A DNA stretch of 63,145 nucleotides, counting the filler, from Folioceros fuciformis (Eukaryota), in the NCBI GenBank assembly GCA_049999805.1. It is 4 parts of 3 records of this genome, joined end to end, with 100 filler letters (N's around TTAATTAATTAA, not from the genome) between each part and the next. Parts side by side here need not be neighbours in the genome. Positions count along the whole stretch, not along the records: positions 57,978 to 63,145 come from JBNGIO010006287.1; 3 more parts are not named here. The stretch is one strand, 5' to 3'. Below are positions 60,963-63,145 of the stretch, in pieces; position 1 is the stretch's first letter, and each line of letters opens with the position of its first letter. Made by a program: the position numbers and the translations under genes. The notes beneath the pieces are model-generated. The model saw only the letters and a list, made by a program, of their open reading frames with translations. It did not search any database and was not told the DNA's origin.

Positions 60963-63145
60963 GTTGCGGACTAAGCTTGATCCAAAAGCAGAAAAGTGTG
61001 TCTTCATTGGGTATTCTGTTACACAGAAAGGATACAGGTGCTACAATCCCAGTACACGGACTATGAGAGTAAGCAGAGACGTAGTCTTTGATGAAATGGG
61101 TAGCTGGTACTTTGAAGTACAAGGAAGTAGTGTAGCTGATGTGCTTGAAACTGAGGTAACAAGCAATGCAGGTCAACAATCACAAGTGTTGAGTGGACCG
61201 CAAGCGTCATCAAACTCGACAACTGTTCAGAATCCATGGAGTGGCAGGTTGCGAGGTAGTGTGAGTCTTACGAGCTCCACAGCTGTGTCTCGCAAAGGGA
61301 AGGAAAAAGTCCAGGATTCAAAGATACCAGACCTAAGTGCAGGTGCGGATGATTCAAGCGACTCTGAGCAGAGCTTGGATGAGGAATTCGGTGTACCGAA
61401 AATTGAAACACCTGGTGCAAAAGAGGTTCAATCAGCCCCTGGAAGTGGTTCAATCCCACGGAGATCTGGAAGGCAGAAGGTTCCAATACAGCGGTTGACC
61501 TATGATAGCTATGTAGCTAGGCACCATGCCTATATGGCAAAGGTTGTACAGGATGTGGAACCAAGAAACTTTGAAGAAGCTATTGGAGACACAAAGTGGG
61601 AACATGCTATGGATGAAGAAATGAATGCGTTAAATCAGAATGCAACATGGGACCTAGTACAACTACCTGAAGGCAAGAAACCAATAGGTTGCAAATGGGT
61701 GTACAAGGTCAAACACAACGCAGATGGTAGTATCAACAGGTACAAGGCAAGGCTTGTGGCCAAGGGATATGCCCAGACATATGGAATAGATTTTGAGGAG
61801 ACGTTCAGTCCAGTTGCCAAAATGGCAACAATTCGAACCGTGATCGCACTAGCGGCATCGAAAGGTTGGGTCCTACATCATATGGATGTGAAGAATGCGT
61901 TTTTACATGGAGAATTGCTGGAAGAAGTATACATGGACCAGCCACCAGGTTATGAGGATTTGGATCATCCAAATCATGTGTGCAAGCTGAAAAAAACGTT
62001 GTACGGACTGAAGCAAGCCCCGAGGGCTTGGTATGAGTGTCTTGCTCAGCATCTGATTCACATCGGATTCAACATGGCAGATGTGGATCATTCGTTGTAT
62101 GTGTGCAAAAGTACAAAACGACTGGTCTTTGTGACCATTTATGTGGATGATCTAATCATTGGAGGTAATCAGTTGGATCAAGTGGAGCAGATCAAGGAAC
62201 TTCTACAACAAGAGTTCAAGATGGCGGACCTAGGTGAACTGAGGTTCTTTTGGGCATTGAAATTATACGAACCAACACAGGCATTTGGCTGTCACAGCGG
62301 AAGTATGCGTCGGATGTACTAACTAAGTATGGTATGGTTGAGTGCAAGCCAATCTCGATTCCTTTGGATCAAAATCTAAAGCTCAGTGCTCATGATGGTG
62401 AAGCACTTGAAGATCCAACAATGTACACGAAGATTGTGGGTAGCTTGATATATCTCACTCTATCCCGCCCAGATTTGAACTATACAGTGGGATTGCAAAG
62501 TCAGTTTATGCAGGCGCCAAGAAAGCCACATTTGGATGCAGTAAGGCGAACGTTGCGCTATGTGAAGGCAACTATGGATCATGCTCTCTTTTATGTTGCA
62601 GATTTAGAAATAAACCTGTGTGGGTACACAGATGCAGATTGGGCAGGCAGTGTTACTGATCGTAGATCTACAAGTGGATTCACTTTTTCACTTGGGAGTG
62701 CAGCAATTACATGGAGTAGCAAGAAGCAGCCTACAGTGGCTTTGTCTAGTACAGAAGCTGAATACAGAGGCGCAGCAATGGCAGCGTGTGAAGTGACTTG
62801 GATTTGTAAGTTACTCGGAGATTTTGGATTGCAGGTCAACGACAAGGTTGTTATCTACTGTGACAATCTTAGCAGCATACAGTTGGCGCGAAACCTAGTG
62901 TTTCATGCCAGGACAAAACACATTGAAATACATTATCATTTTCTTTGCGAAAGGATTTTATCTGGAGCTATTGATCTTGTGTATGTCAACACAGACGAGC
63001 AGATAGCCGATATATTTACTAAGCCAATGGGAGCAGAGAAGCTGAAGAAATTCCGAGCTATGTTAGGCGTACAGATGCTATGTTGAGCTCGAGGGGGAGT
63101 GTTGAGTTATCGAGCTCTATATGAGCTAAACTCATGTGGTGTTAG

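Larger units (their letters stand above)
57978..63145 (+). mobile_element. Ty1/copia LTR retrotransposon 2, near-complete internal region, defective (gag-pol 58585-63086)
   Basis: 5' LTR ends CA at 57997. Gag has a CWTCGRLDHFERDC knuckle, followed by protease WYVDSGASNH, integrase HKRIGH..CEAC and DDE core, RT YVDD and RNase H. Lesions: stop at 59560, insertion at 60761, frameshift near 62250. PPT GAGGGGGAG 63091-63099; 3' LTR starts TGTTG at 63100. Confidence 0.96.

Noticed and set aside
60756-60963. Splicing of the solo LTR to restore integrase
   Set aside because: The available GT...AG pair removes 208 nt rather than 207, causing a frameshift.

Overview
Nuclear DNA of a land plant, probably a bryophyte or lycophyte (inferred from compact GC-rich genes, ~100-bp GT-AG introns and the gene families). 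A decayed transposon-derived block (1-8.7 kb) precedes a dense gene region. It contains a plastid stearoyl-ACP desaturase, a P-class PPR gene head-to-head with an mTERF gene, a class II RNase T2 with a 4-nt microexon inside its catalytic motif, and an Em/LEA_5 protein with a long acidic tail. It also contains two tandem alkenal reductases, a SWITCH2/CHR9-like SNF2 helicase, a DMP protein, histone H3.3, a pseudogene of an uncharacterised family, a thaumatin-like protein, an 11S-like bicupin and a P450 pseudogene. An AT-rich tandem-repeat block, an intronless epoxide hydrolase and an intronless FBH/AKS-type bHLH follow. The window ends in two defective Ty1/copia elements, one interrupted by a 202-bp solo-LTR-like insertion with a 5-bp target duplication. 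Three gaps carry an artificial TTAATTAATTAA linker, so adjacency across them is uncertain. No rRNA, tRNA or CRISPR was seen, and I cannot support a wholly new system. Exon models were derived by hand and family calls are from motif recognition, not searches.
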